The notes: generated from the letters alone by a model not told the origin. 64,000 bases of DNA from an uncultured delta proteobacterium (GCA_963802945.1 CAWDKY010000015.1:32001-96000), one strand, 5' to 3'. Positions 1 to 10,895 are shown, counted from the stretch's first letter. Translations and numbers: made by a program.

Positions 1-552
1 CCTGAGCTGATGAGATGTCTCGAGGAACAGACAGGAGGGCTGGTCAAGGTGAGCGACTTTTCCCCTCCAGGCTGCGAACACGCCCATTGTTCCACTCATG
101 CCACCTACCTGCACTCGGTCGAAGGCGAGCTGAGACGGATAGGAGCGGCGGCGGATAGCTGCTGTTCGACGGACACCGACACAGGGGGAGTCAGGAAGAC
201 CGTGGAGACCGTGTCGCGCCGTTGGACACTGCCTTCTTCCGCAACACCGATCTTAGGTAGCCTCCCGATGTCTAAGGGAACCTCTTGCTGCAGCGGGAGC
301 AGCCCGGAAGCGGCCAGGGTCGAAGTGCCTCTTGACCTGGATGACTTTCTCCGGGAGGCTGCCGTCCGGACCTTCACCCTGTCCGCCATGGCCTTTCAGG
401 ATGCGGACAACCTCGACCTGGAGCGGCTCAAAGGCTGCTGCATATCGGTCATATCCCCAGACGGCAGGCTTGTCCCGTTTTGTGCCTACAACCTCACCAG
501 CAGGGAAGGAAAAAGCCTCTACCGCCGACGGAACGGATCAGGGTCGCAATGA
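1..552 (+). CDS. Radical SAM protein, C-terminal part (TrsS/DVU_155x-cluster-like); truncated by window start
   Basis: Frame open from base 1; C-terminal motifs 'MAFQDADNLDLERLKGCCISV' and 'DGRLVPFCAYNL' typical of this radical SAM subfamily; stop overlaps next ATG (ATGA 549-552). Confidence 0.75.
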   Translation, partial: PELMRCLEEQTGGLVKVSDFSPPGCEHAHCSTHATYLHSVEGELRRIGAAADSCCSTDTDTGGVRKTVETVSRRWTLPSSATPILGSLPMSKGTSCCSGSSPEAARVEVPLDLDDFLREAAVRTFTLSAMAFQDADNLDLERLKGCCISVISPDGRLVPFCAYNLTSREGKSLYRRRNGSGSQ

Positions 553-1898
553 TCGGCATCACTCCCCTTGAGGCCTGGATCAGAGAAAAAGCACACCTCG
601 GCCGCGATCTGACGGGCAGACCCTTTATGGAGGCGCTTAAAAACTACCAGCTCCAGAGGGTAAATGAGGTCATCGATTACGCCCGTCACAACAGCCATTT
701 CTACCGTCGCCATTTGGCATCCCTGCCGTCTCCCCCTCTATCCGCTCTTTCCGACATTGTCCGGATTCCATTTACCTCCCCGTCAGATATTAGCGATGCC
801 CCCTTTAGTTTTTTGGCAGTCCGCCAGGACGACATAGCGAGAATCGTTACCCTCCGCACATCGGGAAGCACGGGTGAGGCCAAGCGGCTCTTTTTCACCG
901 AAGGGGATCTGGAGCTGACCATGGACTTTTATCATCACGGTATGTCTACCCTTGTAAAACCAGGCCAAAGAGTGGCGATTTTATTTCCCGGTGAGATACC
1001 GTACAGTATAGGGGACTTGCTCCTTCGAGGCCTTCAAAGGATGGACGTCCAGGCCTTAGTGTACGGCCTTGTCACGAATCCCCTCCACGCCGCTGAAGCT
1101 GTCGCCTCTTTCGGCGCCCATTGTATCGTCGGCATTCCCACGCAGGTCCTTTCAGTGGCTTGTTCACCCACAGGGGCTGCAATCGGAAAAGGCAGCCTAG
1201 AGAGTGTCCTGTTAAGTGCAGACTACGTTCCGCGGGCGCTCGCGGAGACCCTGAATGAGGTCTGGGGCTGCCGGGTGTTCACCCACTACGCCATGACCGA
1301 GATGGGCCACGGGGGGGGGATCGAGTGCGAGGCATTGGATGGGTATCACCTCAGGGAGGCTGATCTCTATTTCGAGGTGGTCAACCATGAGACAGGAGAG
1401 GCGTGTCCTGATGGTGAATTAGGCGAAGTAGTATTTACGACCCTTACGAGGCAAGGCATGCCCCTTATCCGATACAGGACCGGCGACATCGCCCGCATGA
1501 TTACCCGGCCCTGCCCCTGCGGCAGCAATCTGAGGCGGATGGATTATGTCAGAGGCAGGTGGAACGGTTTTGTTGGCCTGGATACTGACTGCATCCTTAC
1601 CGTATACGAATTGGATGAGACCCTGTTCCGGCTTCCCGGTCTGCTTGACTACCGGGCCACGGTCTCAAAAGGGAGAAACGGAAGGTTCCGGCTGCACATT
1701 GATATGCACAGTGCGGAAGAGGACAGTCCAACAGACGGTGAAGTCCTTCAATGCCTCAACAAGATTGAGGCGATACGAAAAGCCATTGTCAAAGGAAATC
1801 TGGAGATACCCACGGTGCGTTTCTCAGCAGAGGGGCTCTGGACCCCGACCAGCGCGTTAAAGAGAAAGATCGTCACCATGAATGATCCGCTCGCCTGA
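549..1898 (+). CDS. Phenylacetate-CoA ligase-like AMP-forming ligase (DVU_1553-like)
   Basis: P-loop TSGSTG, 'HYAMTEMG', 'PLIRYRTGD', CPCG; start ATG 549 coupled to upstream stop. Confidence 0.85.
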   Translation: MIGITPLEAWIREKAHLGRDLTGRPFMEALKNYQLQRVNEVIDYARHNSHFYRRHLASLPSPPLSALSDIVRIPFTSPSDISDAPFSFLAVRQDDIARIVTLRTSGSTGEAKRLFFTEGDLELTMDFYHHGMSTLVKPGQRVAILFPGEIPYSIGDLLLRGLQRMDVQALVYGLVTNPLHAAEAVASFGAHCIVGIPTQVLSVACSPTGAAIGKGSLESVLLSADYVPRALAETLNEVWGCRVFTHYAMTEMGHGGGIECEALDGYHLREADLYFEVVNHETGEACPDGELGEVVFTTLTRQGMPLIRYRTGDIARMITRPCPCGSNLRRMDYVRGRWNGFVGLDTDCILTVYELDETLFRLPGLLDYRATVSKGRNGRFRLHIDMHSAEEDSPTDGEVLQCLNKIEAIRKAIVKGNLEIPTVRFSAEGLWTPTSALKRKIVTMNDPLA

Positions 1899-1981
1899 CA
1901 GGGCAGCAGACAGCGTGCCGGATTAATTGCCTCGCCTTATTTATACCAGAGAAGGGAGCTGACCCTGAGGGGATTTTTTTC

Positions 1982-2011
1982 TTGACACGATAGTCATATT
2001 ATAGCTATTAT
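1982..2011 (+). promoter_or_regulatory. Sigma70-like promoter upstream of the bamB leader
   Basis: TTGACA (1982-1987)-N18-TATTAT (2006-2011). Confidence 0.5.
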
Positions 2012-2316
2012 ATAACCATCATACTCTGGACGCCTGACTGAAGATTTGACAGCAGCCCGAAGGGTCAAAGTACGATGCTCGATTGTAGCCCAAAGAGGCC
2101 CTCGCCCCTGTCATGGGAGATTCAATATTTCACGTTCCTGAGAGGAATTTTTTGATTCGGTATTAAACTCCCATGGCTTAAGGGCCACACTCGAAGAATG
2201 AAAATGGGATTCAAGGGCATCTTCATCCTACAGGAAAAAGACTAGTTGATCTAACTATCGAAACTTGACATTCATTAATTCTTTCCTCGGGTTCAAGCAA
2301 TAAAGAGGATTTAAAA

Positions 2317-4350
2317 ATGAGATATGCAGAGACAGGGTATAATTTAGAAATTGATCTATCCCGAGGAAGCATTGAGAGAGTAGAAACCGACCCAAGATTA
2401 ACCGAACTTCATCTTGGTGGTTTGGGTACTAACACCAAACTTTTATGGGATAGGGTTCCCTCTGAGGTCAAACCATTTGATCCTGAGAATCTGCTGATAT
2501 TCAGCACTGGTCTTTTATGCGGTACACCTGCACCTGGTGCTAATCGTACCATTGTTTCCACCTATTCTCCTCAGACTTTGTTAATGGCCTATTCCATGAT
2601 GGGGGGATTTTGGGGACCGGAATTGAAGTATGCTGGCTATGACAAAGTGATCCTTCGCGGCAAGGCACCCAATCTGATTTATTTGTGGATAAACAATGAC
2701 CAAATAGAAATTCGTGATGCCTCTCATCTGAAGGGTAAGGGCGCAGTTGAAACTGCGGAACTTATTCGACAGGAGTTGAAGGAGCCGAAGGCCCAGGTGG
2801 CGGCTATCGGCCTGGCCGGTGAAAACAGAGTCTATATGGCTTCGATCGAGCAGGGCAGGTCCAGTGCCAGCCGACTGGGAATAGGCGCCGTTATGGGAGC
2901 AAAAGGGATAAAGGCGATCGCGGTTCGTGGAACCAAGGATATCCATATTGCCCGACCGGCTGAATTCATGGAGCTTTGCAACCAAGTGCTGAAATATATC
3001 AAAGCCCGAGAAGAAAAGCCGGTTCCGGGGGTAATGCCCATCCTAGCCGGCCTTGGGTCACCGCAAGAGATGAAGCTCATCGATGAAGAGTGGCACACCC
3101 AGAATTTCATGTGGGGAAATTCCCGCCATCGGAAAAAAAATTTTTGGAACAAGGAAATCGAAGAAAAGTGGAGGGGAACTCAAGAAAGTGTGCGGAAGCG
3201 GTTGATCAGCTGCTTTAACTGTCCGATGAAATGCGGGGCAATCATTTCCGCCCCGGGAATTTCGACCTACATGATGAAATGCTTCTCGAAACTGACCTAT
3301 ACTATGGCGGCCTATTCAGACTTGGATTTTGGTTTTAAAATCGCTCAACGGGCGACCGAATATGGGGTGGACGGATTCTCAACCCCGCAAGTTATGGCCT
3401 TCGCCCTTGAGCTTTATGAAGCCGGCATTTTGACTGATCAGGAAATGGCGGGAATGCCGTCCGATAACGAGGGGAGATTTTACTGGTTACTGGACAGAAT
3501 TGTTCGGCGGGAAGGGATAGGAGATGTATTGGCCGACGGCACTTATTGGGCAGCCCAACAGATCGGCAAGGGAGCAGAAGCCTATGCTCATAATAACATT
3601 AAGAAACATGAGCAGCTGCCTCTCAAGCTTGGAATGCTGAATCCCGTTTATTTCCTTATGTATGCGACCGGCGAAAAAATAAACATCACTCAAATTGAAG
3701 GGCAGTTCCCCCAGTCGCCCTTTCCTACGAAAGAGGAGAGAGAGGACTTTGTCAAGGATTGGACCCAGGTTCCTGATGAAAAGTTCAAGCAATATTTGCT
3801 GGACTGGGAACCACGCGGAGAACGCTCAAATCCCTATTACCCGACTGTTCAAATGTCCTGCGAAATTGTCGACTGGCAGGAGACGATGCACTACATTGAT
3901 GATGCCCTCGGAATTTGCGCCGGTTTGTCGTCATTTCCCCTGAAGCCTCCCTATCATATACACAATTATCCGGCTTTAATCTCAACAGCAACCGGGATTG
4001 ATATGGATGAAGCCGGACTATGGCAAGCAGCCAAGAGGAACCGAACTTTACTTAGGGCCGTTAATGTAAGAAGAGGCATGAGGAGAACTGATGAGAAGCC
4101 GCCCGAGGACCATTGGAAAAAAAGATTTCCCGAGCTTGAAAAGGAGCTCTTGGATTCGTATTACAAATTTAAGGGGTGGAATAATCAAGGTATTCCCACC
4201 AAGGAGACGTTGGACAAACTGGGCTTGGATTACGTGAGTGAAGACTTCTTGCAGAGGGGGATCTTGACCGATCATGAAGGTGATCCTTCTAAAGAGACTC
4301 TAGTAGAAAAAAGGAGAAATAGAGTGGAGGGTGTTAACCGTGCAGGGTGA
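2317..4350 (+). CDS. bamB: Class II benzoyl-CoA reductase catalytic W-pterin subunit (AOR family)
   Basis: N-terminus MRYAETGYNLEIDL; CxxCxxxC 'SCFNCPMKC'; W-ligand Cys322/Phe323 in 'YMMKCFSK'; E251/E257/H260 at BamB numbering; followed by bamCDEF. Confidence 0.93.
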   Translation: MRYAETGYNLEIDLSRGSIERVETDPRLTELHLGGLGTNTKLLWDRVPSEVKPFDPENLLIFSTGLLCGTPAPGANRTIVSTYSPQTLLMAYSMMGGFWGPELKYAGYDKVILRGKAPNLIYLWINNDQIEIRDASHLKGKGAVETAELIRQELKEPKAQVAAIGLAGENRVYMASIEQGRSSASRLGIGAVMGAKGIKAIAVRGTKDIHIARPAEFMELCNQVLKYIKAREEKPVPGVMPILAGLGSPQEMKLIDEEWHTQNFMWGNSRHRKKNFWNKEIEEKWRGTQESVRKRLISCFNCPMKCGAIISAPGISTYMMKCFSKLTYTMAAYSDLDFGFKIAQRATEYGVDGFSTPQVMAFALELYEAGILTDQEMAGMPSDNEGRFYWLLDRIVRREGIGDVLADGTYWAAQQIGKGAEAYAHNNIKKHEQLPLKLGMLNPVYFLMYATGEKINITQIEGQFPQSPFPTKEEREDFVKDWTQVPDEKFKQYLLDWEPRGERSNPYYPTVQMSCEIVDWQETMHYIDDALGICAGLSSFPLKPPYHIHNYPALISTATGIDMDEAGLWQAAKRNRTLLRAVNVRRGMRRTDEKPPEDHWKKRFPELEKELLDSYYKFKGWNNQGIPTKETLDKLGLDYVSEDFLQRGILTDHEGDPSKETLVEKRRNRVEGVNRAG

Positions 4351-4906
4351 GAAAAAAAAGAAAATAATTAAAACCATAAAAGTTGATGTTGACAAATGCA
4401 ATGGTTGCCGGACGTGCGAGATGATCTGCTCCGCCTTTCACGCTACGCAAAAGTATAGCAGCAATAATCCAGCCAGGTCTCGCATCCGGGTGAATCATGA
4501 TCCGCTAAAAGACATATACGTTCCTGTACATGCGGGTGAGTATGCCGCAGCCGAATGTATGGGCAGAGACCAATATGTGATTGACGGAAAGGCCTACGAG
4601 GAGTGCGCCTTTTGCAGGGCTTCCTGCCCATCCAGAGATGTTTTCAAAGAACCCGATTCCGGTCTTCCTCTCAAATGCGATATGTGTGAAGATGATCCGC
4701 CGCAAGAAAAGCCCTTGTGTGTTCAGTGGTGCATTAATGATGCCCTGACTTACGAAGAAAGGGAAGAGGAAATTAAAGAAGAAGAGAAGCAGGAGGATCT
4801 GGAGTTAGGATTGGAATCCTTGGCAAACACTTATGGATTAGACAAGATAATGGATACCTTAGTCCGAATGTCACTCTCAAAGAAGGGCTTAACTAAAGAT
4901 ATTTAA
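4340..4906 (+). CDS. bamC: BamC ferredoxin-type 4Fe-4S subunit
   Basis: CNGCRTCEMIC, CAFCRASCP, KCDMC..CVQWC; GGAGG at 4326-4330 before GTG 4340; position after bamB. Confidence 0.88.
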   Translation: MQGEKKKKIIKTIKVDVDKCNGCRTCEMICSAFHATQKYSSNNPARSRIRVNHDPLKDIYVPVHAGEYAAAECMGRDQYVIDGKAYEECAFCRASCPSRDVFKEPDSGLPLKCDMCEDDPPQEKPLCVQWCINDALTYEEREEEIKEEEKQEDLELGLESLANTYGLDKIMDTLVRMSLSKKGLTKDI

Positions 4907-5031
4907 AATTAGGTTTTTTAAACTCGATCCTTCAAAATTTGAGACGGACTCAATATATTAAAAAGATGCTGGATGCTGGATACTGGATTAATTATGATAA
5001 ATTCGTTAAAAGTTGACGAAAGCCCATTTTC

Positions 5032-5108
5032 GTCATTCCGACGAAAGTCGGAATCCAGGAATTTTACCTACTTAAAAAAGTCTGGACCCCGGTTTTCACC
5101 GGGGTGAC
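5032..5108. repeat. REP-like bipartite palindrome (GTCATTCCG...GGAATCCAG / CTGGA...GGGGTGAC family)
   Basis: Two hairpins; same family at 6461-6553, 9738-9801 and 57000-57661. Confidence 0.8.
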
Positions 5109-5259
5109 TACTTTTTACCAAGTCGTCAATCATAACCAAATCCTGTATTGTTTTTATCCAGAATCCATAAACCAGTATCCAGTATAACCCCCTTTGAAGC
5201 GATTGATCCCGGGTTTTTAAAAACTTAGATATAAATTCTCAGAATTAGAAAGAAAGACC

Positions 5260-6411
5260 GTGGAGACTGTAGTTCCCTATAAAGAAATCATTGATACCAT
5301 CAAAGCGAACGGAGGAGATGCCTTCAAATTATGCTATCAATGCGGATTATGCGATACGGTTTGTCCCTGGAACAGGGTTAGAACCTTTAGTATGCGCAAG
5401 ATAGTCCGAGAGGCGACCTTCGGTTTAACGGAGATAGAAAGTGAAGACCTATGGCGTTGTACGACCTGCGGAAGATGCCCCCAGCTGTGCCCCAGGGAGG
5501 TAAAACAAATAGAATCCGGGGTATCCTTGCGCCGGATTGCTACCGAGTATGGGGTTTTTCCTCATTCTGTCCGTCCTGTCCGCATCGTGAGTGCAAGCCT
5601 CCTTGGCGAAGGTAATCCCTTTGGTGAAGAGCGAAAAAATAGGGCAAATTGGGCAGAAGGTCTTTCGGTAAAACCGTTCACCGAGGGGATGGAAATTTTG
5701 TATTTCCCCGGCTGCTATTTAAGCTATGACCCAAGATTAAAAAAGGTAGCCAAAGCCACAGCCAACATCCTCAACCTGGCCGGGATTAATTTCGGGATAC
5801 TGGGCGAAAAGGAAAATTGCTGTGGAGAAAGCATCCGCAAGACAGGCGATGAGGAATTATTCAAACGCTTAGCCAGGGAAAACATCAAAACCTTTATCGA
5901 TCATGGGGTGAAGAAGATCCTGGTTTCTTCCCCTCATTGCTACCATACCTTCAAAAACGAGTATCCGGAATTTAGGGTGAACTTTGAAGTGGTTCATATC
6001 TCCCAATATTTATTCGAGCTTATGAATGAGGGAAGGCTTGCGCTCACCAAGGAGTATGGAAAAAAAGTGACTTATCATGACCCATGTTACCTGGGCCGAC
6101 ATAACGGCCTATATGACGAGCCCCGAGAGGTCTTAAAGAAGATACCCGGTTTAGAACTGAATGAGATGCCTGATTCGCGCCAAGAGAGTCTCTGTTGCGG
6201 AGGAGGAGGAGGCAGAATCTGGATGGAAACTCCGAAGGGTGAAAGATTCTCCGACCTCAGATTAGAACAAGCTATCGGGGTCGGGGCCGAGGTGCTGGTT
6301 ACTGCCTGCCCCTATTGCATCGCCAATTTTGAGGATAGCCGGTTAACCCTGAATGTTACCGAAAAGATAGAGGTTAAAGACATCACCGAAATTATCCAGG
6401 AAGCAATTTAG
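5260..6411 (+). CDS. bamD: BamD, HdrC/HdrB-like (two 4Fe-4S + two CCG domains)
   Basis: CYQCGLCDTVCP, CTTCGRCPQLCP, ENCCGE, YHDPCYLGR, LCCGGGGG. Confidence 0.88.
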   Translation: METVVPYKEIIDTIKANGGDAFKLCYQCGLCDTVCPWNRVRTFSMRKIVREATFGLTEIESEDLWRCTTCGRCPQLCPREVKQIESGVSLRRIATEYGVFPHSVRPVRIVSASLLGEGNPFGEERKNRANWAEGLSVKPFTEGMEILYFPGCYLSYDPRLKKVAKATANILNLAGINFGILGEKENCCGESIRKTGDEELFKRLARENIKTFIDHGVKKILVSSPHCYHTFKNEYPEFRVNFEVVHISQYLFELMNEGRLALTKEYGKKVTYHDPCYLGRHNGLYDEPREVLKKIPGLELNEMPDSRQESLCCGGGGGRIWMETPKGERFSDLRLEQAIGVGAEVLVTACPYCIANFEDSRLTLNVTEKIEVKDITEIIQEAI

Positions 6412-6460
6412 AGAACCAAAAACCTGATGATTCTATAAAAGTCAAGTTTCAGCTTTTTCT

Positions 6461-6553
6461 GTCATTCCCGTGAAAACGGGAATCCAGGGAATTCTACTGC
6501 TTCTGGACCCGGCGACCTGCCCGAGACTTGATCCGGGATTCGCCGGGGTGACG
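6461..6553. repeat. REP-like palindrome with nested mini-insert
   Basis: gtcattcccgtgaaaacgggaatccag ... ctggacccggcga[cctgcccgagacttgatccggga]ttcgccggggtgac. Confidence 0.8.
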
Positions 6554-6603
6554 GCCAGAGGGACTTTTTACGTATCCATCAAATCTAATAAAGGCGGATA
6601 AAA

Positions 6604-9600
6604 GTGGACAAAGAACAAATTGAACAGCTTTATAAAAAGTTGACGGGCAGTCAATTTTGGTGATGTTATGGTTGTCGGTGGAGGGATCAGCGGTATTCAA
6701 GCTGCGCTTGATCTTGGCACGGCGGGTTTTAAGGTTTACCTGGTCGACAAAGCGCCGTCCATTGGCGGCCATATGGCCCAGCTGGACAAGACCTTTCCCA
6801 CCAACGACTGCTCCATGTGAATACTGGCACCCAAACTGGTCGAGGTCGGCCGGCATCCCAACATAGAGGTCCTGACCTATACTGAAGTTGACCGTGTATC
6901 AGGGGAAGAAGGAAACTTCACGGTCAACCTGATTAAAAAGCCCCGATACATTATAGAGAGCAAGTGCAGGGGTTGTACTACCTGTGTAGAGTATTGTCCC
7001 GTCAAGTATCCTGATCCATTTAATCAGGAAATATCGAAGAATAAAGCCATACATGTCTATTTCGCTCAGGCCATTCCCTTGGTCACTTATATAGATGAAA
7101 ACTGCCTTAACCTTAAAGAAAAGAAATGTACTATTTGCACGGCAGTTTGTACGAATAAGGCCATAGATTTCAATCAAAGGCCGGAGAAGGTAGAAATCAA
7201 CGTAGGGGCGATCCTTCTGTCTTCCGGCCTTGAGCCGTTTGATCCTAATAAGAGACAGGAATATAGATACGGACAATTTGCAAATGTGGTAACCAGTATG
7301 GACTATGAACGGCTGTTATGCGCCACCGGGCCATACGAAGGTGAGATACTGCGTGCTTCCGACAAGAAGCATCCCCATAAAATAGCCTGGATTCAATGCG
7401 TCGGTTCCAGGCAGGTTACCCCGGGCAATAACAGCTATTGTTCAGCCGTGTGCTGTACCTATACCCAGAAACAGGTGATTTTGACCAAAGAACATGACGC
7501 AGAGGCTGAGTGTACCGTATTTCATAACGACATTCGTTCCTATGGCAAAGATTTCGAGCGATTCTACGAAAGGGCCGAGAAACTTCCGCGGTGTTCGATT
7601 TCTCAGAAGCTACGTATCCATCGCAAAAGAGAACCCGGAAACCAAGAATGTAACCATACGATATTCTACACCCAAAGATGGAGTTAAAGAGGAAGAATTT
7701 GATTTGGTGGTGTTATCCGTTGGATTGAATCCTCCTGCTGATGTGAAAGATCTGGCAAAGAAATTCGGCATCGAGCTCAACCATCACGGATTCTGTAAAA
7801 CTACTCCTGTCAATCCTATGGAGACCACCAGGCCTGGGGTCTTTGTAAGCGGGGCCTTCCAGGGTCCTATGGATATTCCCGAGTCGGTTTTCAGTGCCAG
7901 CGGAGCCGGCTCCCAATGCGGTGAACTCCTTTCCTTTCGGCGAGGAAAGCTTTCCAAAGAAAGAATCTATCCGCCGGAAAGGGATGTCTCCAAAGAGGAG
8001 CCAAGGATAGGAGTCTTTGTCTGTCATTGTGGGGCCAATATCGGAAGGATAGTCAATGTTCCTTCCCAAGTGGAATATGCCTTAACCTTACCCCACGTGG
8101 TCTATGCTCAGGAACAACTGTTTTCATGCGCCACTAATTCTGCCAAAGAAATAACAGATATGATCAAGGAAAAAGGGCTCAACCGCGTCATTGTCGCTGC
8201 CTGCTCCCCCAGGACCCTTGAGCCGTTATTCCGGGACACGCTTCGAGAGGCGGGTATTAATCAATATTACTACGAGATGGCGAATATTCGAGAACATTGT
8301 TCCTGGGTCCACCCCAGAGAAAAGGAAGAGGCCACCCAAAAGGCCAAGGATATAATCCGGATGTCGGCAGCCCGAGCTTGCCATTTGGAGCCCTTGCAGG
8401 AATTTGATCTGCCGGTCAACAAGGTGGCCTTAGTGGTCGGAGGAGGCCTGGCCGGCATGACTTGTGCTCTCTCCATAGCCAATCAGGGACATGAGGTTCA
8501 CCTGGTGGAAAAGGAGTCGGACCTGGGGGGAACGGCCAGAAGAATCCATTACACCCTGGAAGGGTTGAATGTTCAAGCCTATCTGCGCAATGTTATAAGC
8601 AAGGTTTATCAGCACCCTTCAATATATGTCTATGCTGATGCCGTCATCACAGAGGCTACCGGTTATGTAGGGAATTTCGTCACCAAGGTAAAATCAGACA
8701 GAGGAGTCACAGAAATAAAACATGGTGCAGCCGTCATCGCTATAGGTGCTGATGTATATAAAACCACCGAATACCTTTATGGAGAAGATGACCGGGTAAT
8801 GACCCACCTGGAGTTGGAGGAGAGAATCACCAAAAGAGAAGAAAGGGTAATCAAGGCTGAAAGTCTGGTAATGATCCAATGCGTAGGCTGTAGAAATGAG
8901 GACAGAAATTATTGCAGCCGGATATGCTGCAGTGAGTCCATCAAGAACGCTTTGAAACTAAAAGAGATAAATCCCACGATGGATATCTACATCCTCTTTA
9001 GGGATATGAGAACCTATGGATTCAAAGAGGATTATTACCGGGAGGCGGCAGAGAAAGACGTCAAGTTCATCCGTTATGAGCCGGAGGATAAACCACAGGT
9101 GGAGGCCGTTAAGGAGGGTGACCAAACCATTCTAAGGGTCACCTTGCCGGATTATATTTTAGGCAAAAAGCTGGCCATAGAGGCTGATATCATTGTTTTG
9201 GCTGCTGCTGTTATTCCCTCCGCAGCAACCAAAGAGGTAGCCGGATTATTCAAGGTACCTTTGAGTCCGGATATTTTTTTCAAAGAAGCTCATGCCAAAT
9301 TAAAACCTGTTGAGTTTGCTACGGATGGCGTTTACCTCTGTGGAATGGCTCATTATCCCAAGCTGATGTCGGAAACGATTAATCAGGCTTATGGAGCTGC
9401 AGGCCGGGTGTTAACCCTTCTCTTCCATGATACAATCACCGCTTCCGGATCAGTTTGCGAAGTGGATGAGAAAAAATGTATAGGGTGTGGGCAATGTATC
9501 TCGGCCTGTACCTATGGGGCCATAGAGTTTCGTGAGACCAGACAGGGTAAAAAGGCTTTAGTTAATCCTGTTATCTGTAAAGGAGACGGTCTCTGTAATA

Positions 9601-9689
9601 CCAAGTGTCCAACAGGGGCTATAACACTGGCGCACTTTACTGATGAAGAGTTCCTGAGCCAAATTGATGCGGCGGTTCCGGAGGGATAG
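6604..9689 (+). CDS. bamE: BamE, HdrA-like flavoprotein with selenocysteine; two apparent single-base frameshifts (~6650, ~7588)
   Basis: VVGGGISG...[14 protein letters not shown](6818-6820)-ILAPKL continues in frame to ORF 7079; joins ORF 7494-9689 at AEKLP/GVRF; WIQCVGSR, second GGGLAG, C-terminal ferredoxin. Confidence 0.88.
6836..6853 (+). promoter_or_regulatory. Bacterial SECIS hairpin for bamE UGA
   Basis: ctggtcg-aggt-cggccgg stem-loop 15 nt after UGA with G in apical loop. Confidence 0.7.
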
Positions 9690-9737
9690 AATCATGGAAT
9701 CGCTACGAGTTCATTTCGAGCGGCTAGCCACGAGTCT

Positions 9738-9801
9738 GTCATTCCGGCGAAAGCCGGAATCCAGAGAAACAAACTGGATGCCGGATCAGGTCCGGCATGA
9801 C
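9738..9801. repeat. REP-like palindrome
   Basis: gtcattccggcgaaagccggaatccag...ctggatgccggatcaggtccggcatgac. Confidence 0.8.
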
Positions 9802-9874
9802 GAATAATAGCCCGCTGTTTTCAGCTGGGGAGTTTAATAAAGATGTGATTATGAGGGAAGGGAGGTGAGAAAGC

Positions 9875-10710
9875 ATGAATACAGGACTTAAATTTAAACC
9901 AAGAATATTAGGCTTTGTATGCCACTGGTGAGCCTACGGTGCTGCTGACCTGGCTGGAGTTTCCAGACTGCAATATACAACTGAAATCAGGCTTATTCGT
10001 GTCATGTGTTCCGGTAGAGTCGACCTGTCATTTGTACTCCGTGCTTTCTCAAATGGAATGGATGGGGTGTTTATTGGTGGCTGCAGGCTTAATGAATGTA
10101 ATTATATCACCCATGGAAATTACCATGCACTAAACATGGTGCTTCTGAGCAAAAAATTATTGGAACACCTGGGGCTGAACCCGGAAAGATTAAGGATCGC
10201 ATTTATGTCTTCCGGTGAAGGGCTCCTTTTTGCCGAAGTTGTAAATGATTTTAGCAAGAAGGTAAAAGAATTAGGACCGCTCGGCCAAGGTGAAGGCCTA
10301 GACAAAGAAAAATTAAAGTCCAGACTTAAAGAAGTTACCAGGCTGGTCCCCTACATTAAGATGGTGAAAAATGAGAAGCTGGGGACACCTCTTCAGAATA
10401 TGGAAGAATATGACAAACTTTTCACCATGGATGAGATAGACAGTTTATTCCGTGAAGTGCCTTCATATTATATTGATCCTGAAAAGTGCCAGGCCTGTAT
10501 GATTTGCCTTAGGAAATGCCCTGTGGAGGCGATTGAAGGCGAAAAGAACCAGGTCCATGTCATTGACCAAGAGAAATGCATAAAATGCGGAACTTGCCTT
10601 GAAGCCTGCCCCCACGATTTGGTGCGTTGCAGAAGATTTCCGGACAGCCTGTCCCACCTCCTATTCCTAAAGAAAAAAGAATGATAGTCAGAAAGAGCAA
10701 AGAAAAATGA
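9875..10710 (+). CDS. bamF: BamF, MvhD-like selenoprotein with C-terminal 2x4Fe-4S; probable frameshift in C-run ~10612
   Basis: GGAGG RBS, ATG 9875 MNTGLKFKPRILGFVCHW-TGA(9929-9931)-AYGAADLAG in frame with ORF 10004 (MCSGRVD, GCRLNECNY); shifted frame gives PRFGALQKISGQPVPPPIP..., stop 10710. Confidence 0.88.
9954..9966 (+). promoter_or_regulatory. Bacterial SECIS hairpin for bamF UGA
   Basis: ctgga-gtt-tccag hairpin 22 nt after UGA. Confidence 0.6.
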
Positions 10711-10895
10711 GATCATGAGGTTCTTCTGCTTCCCGGTCCCCCCACACCATACATTTTAATCCCCCACTTCATGGAATTTTAACCACCCTTTAATATTGAC
10801 TTTTCTTGAATTTTTCTGTACTTTCAGATTCGAAATCAGGTTTCTTAAAGCTGCCAAACCCAAACTCGGAAGGCTGGTTTATGAAGCAACCCACC

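Noticed and set aside
2025-2240. Canonical Moco riboswitch before bamB
   Set aside because: Could not match its conserved elements by eye; kept only as an unassigned structured leader.
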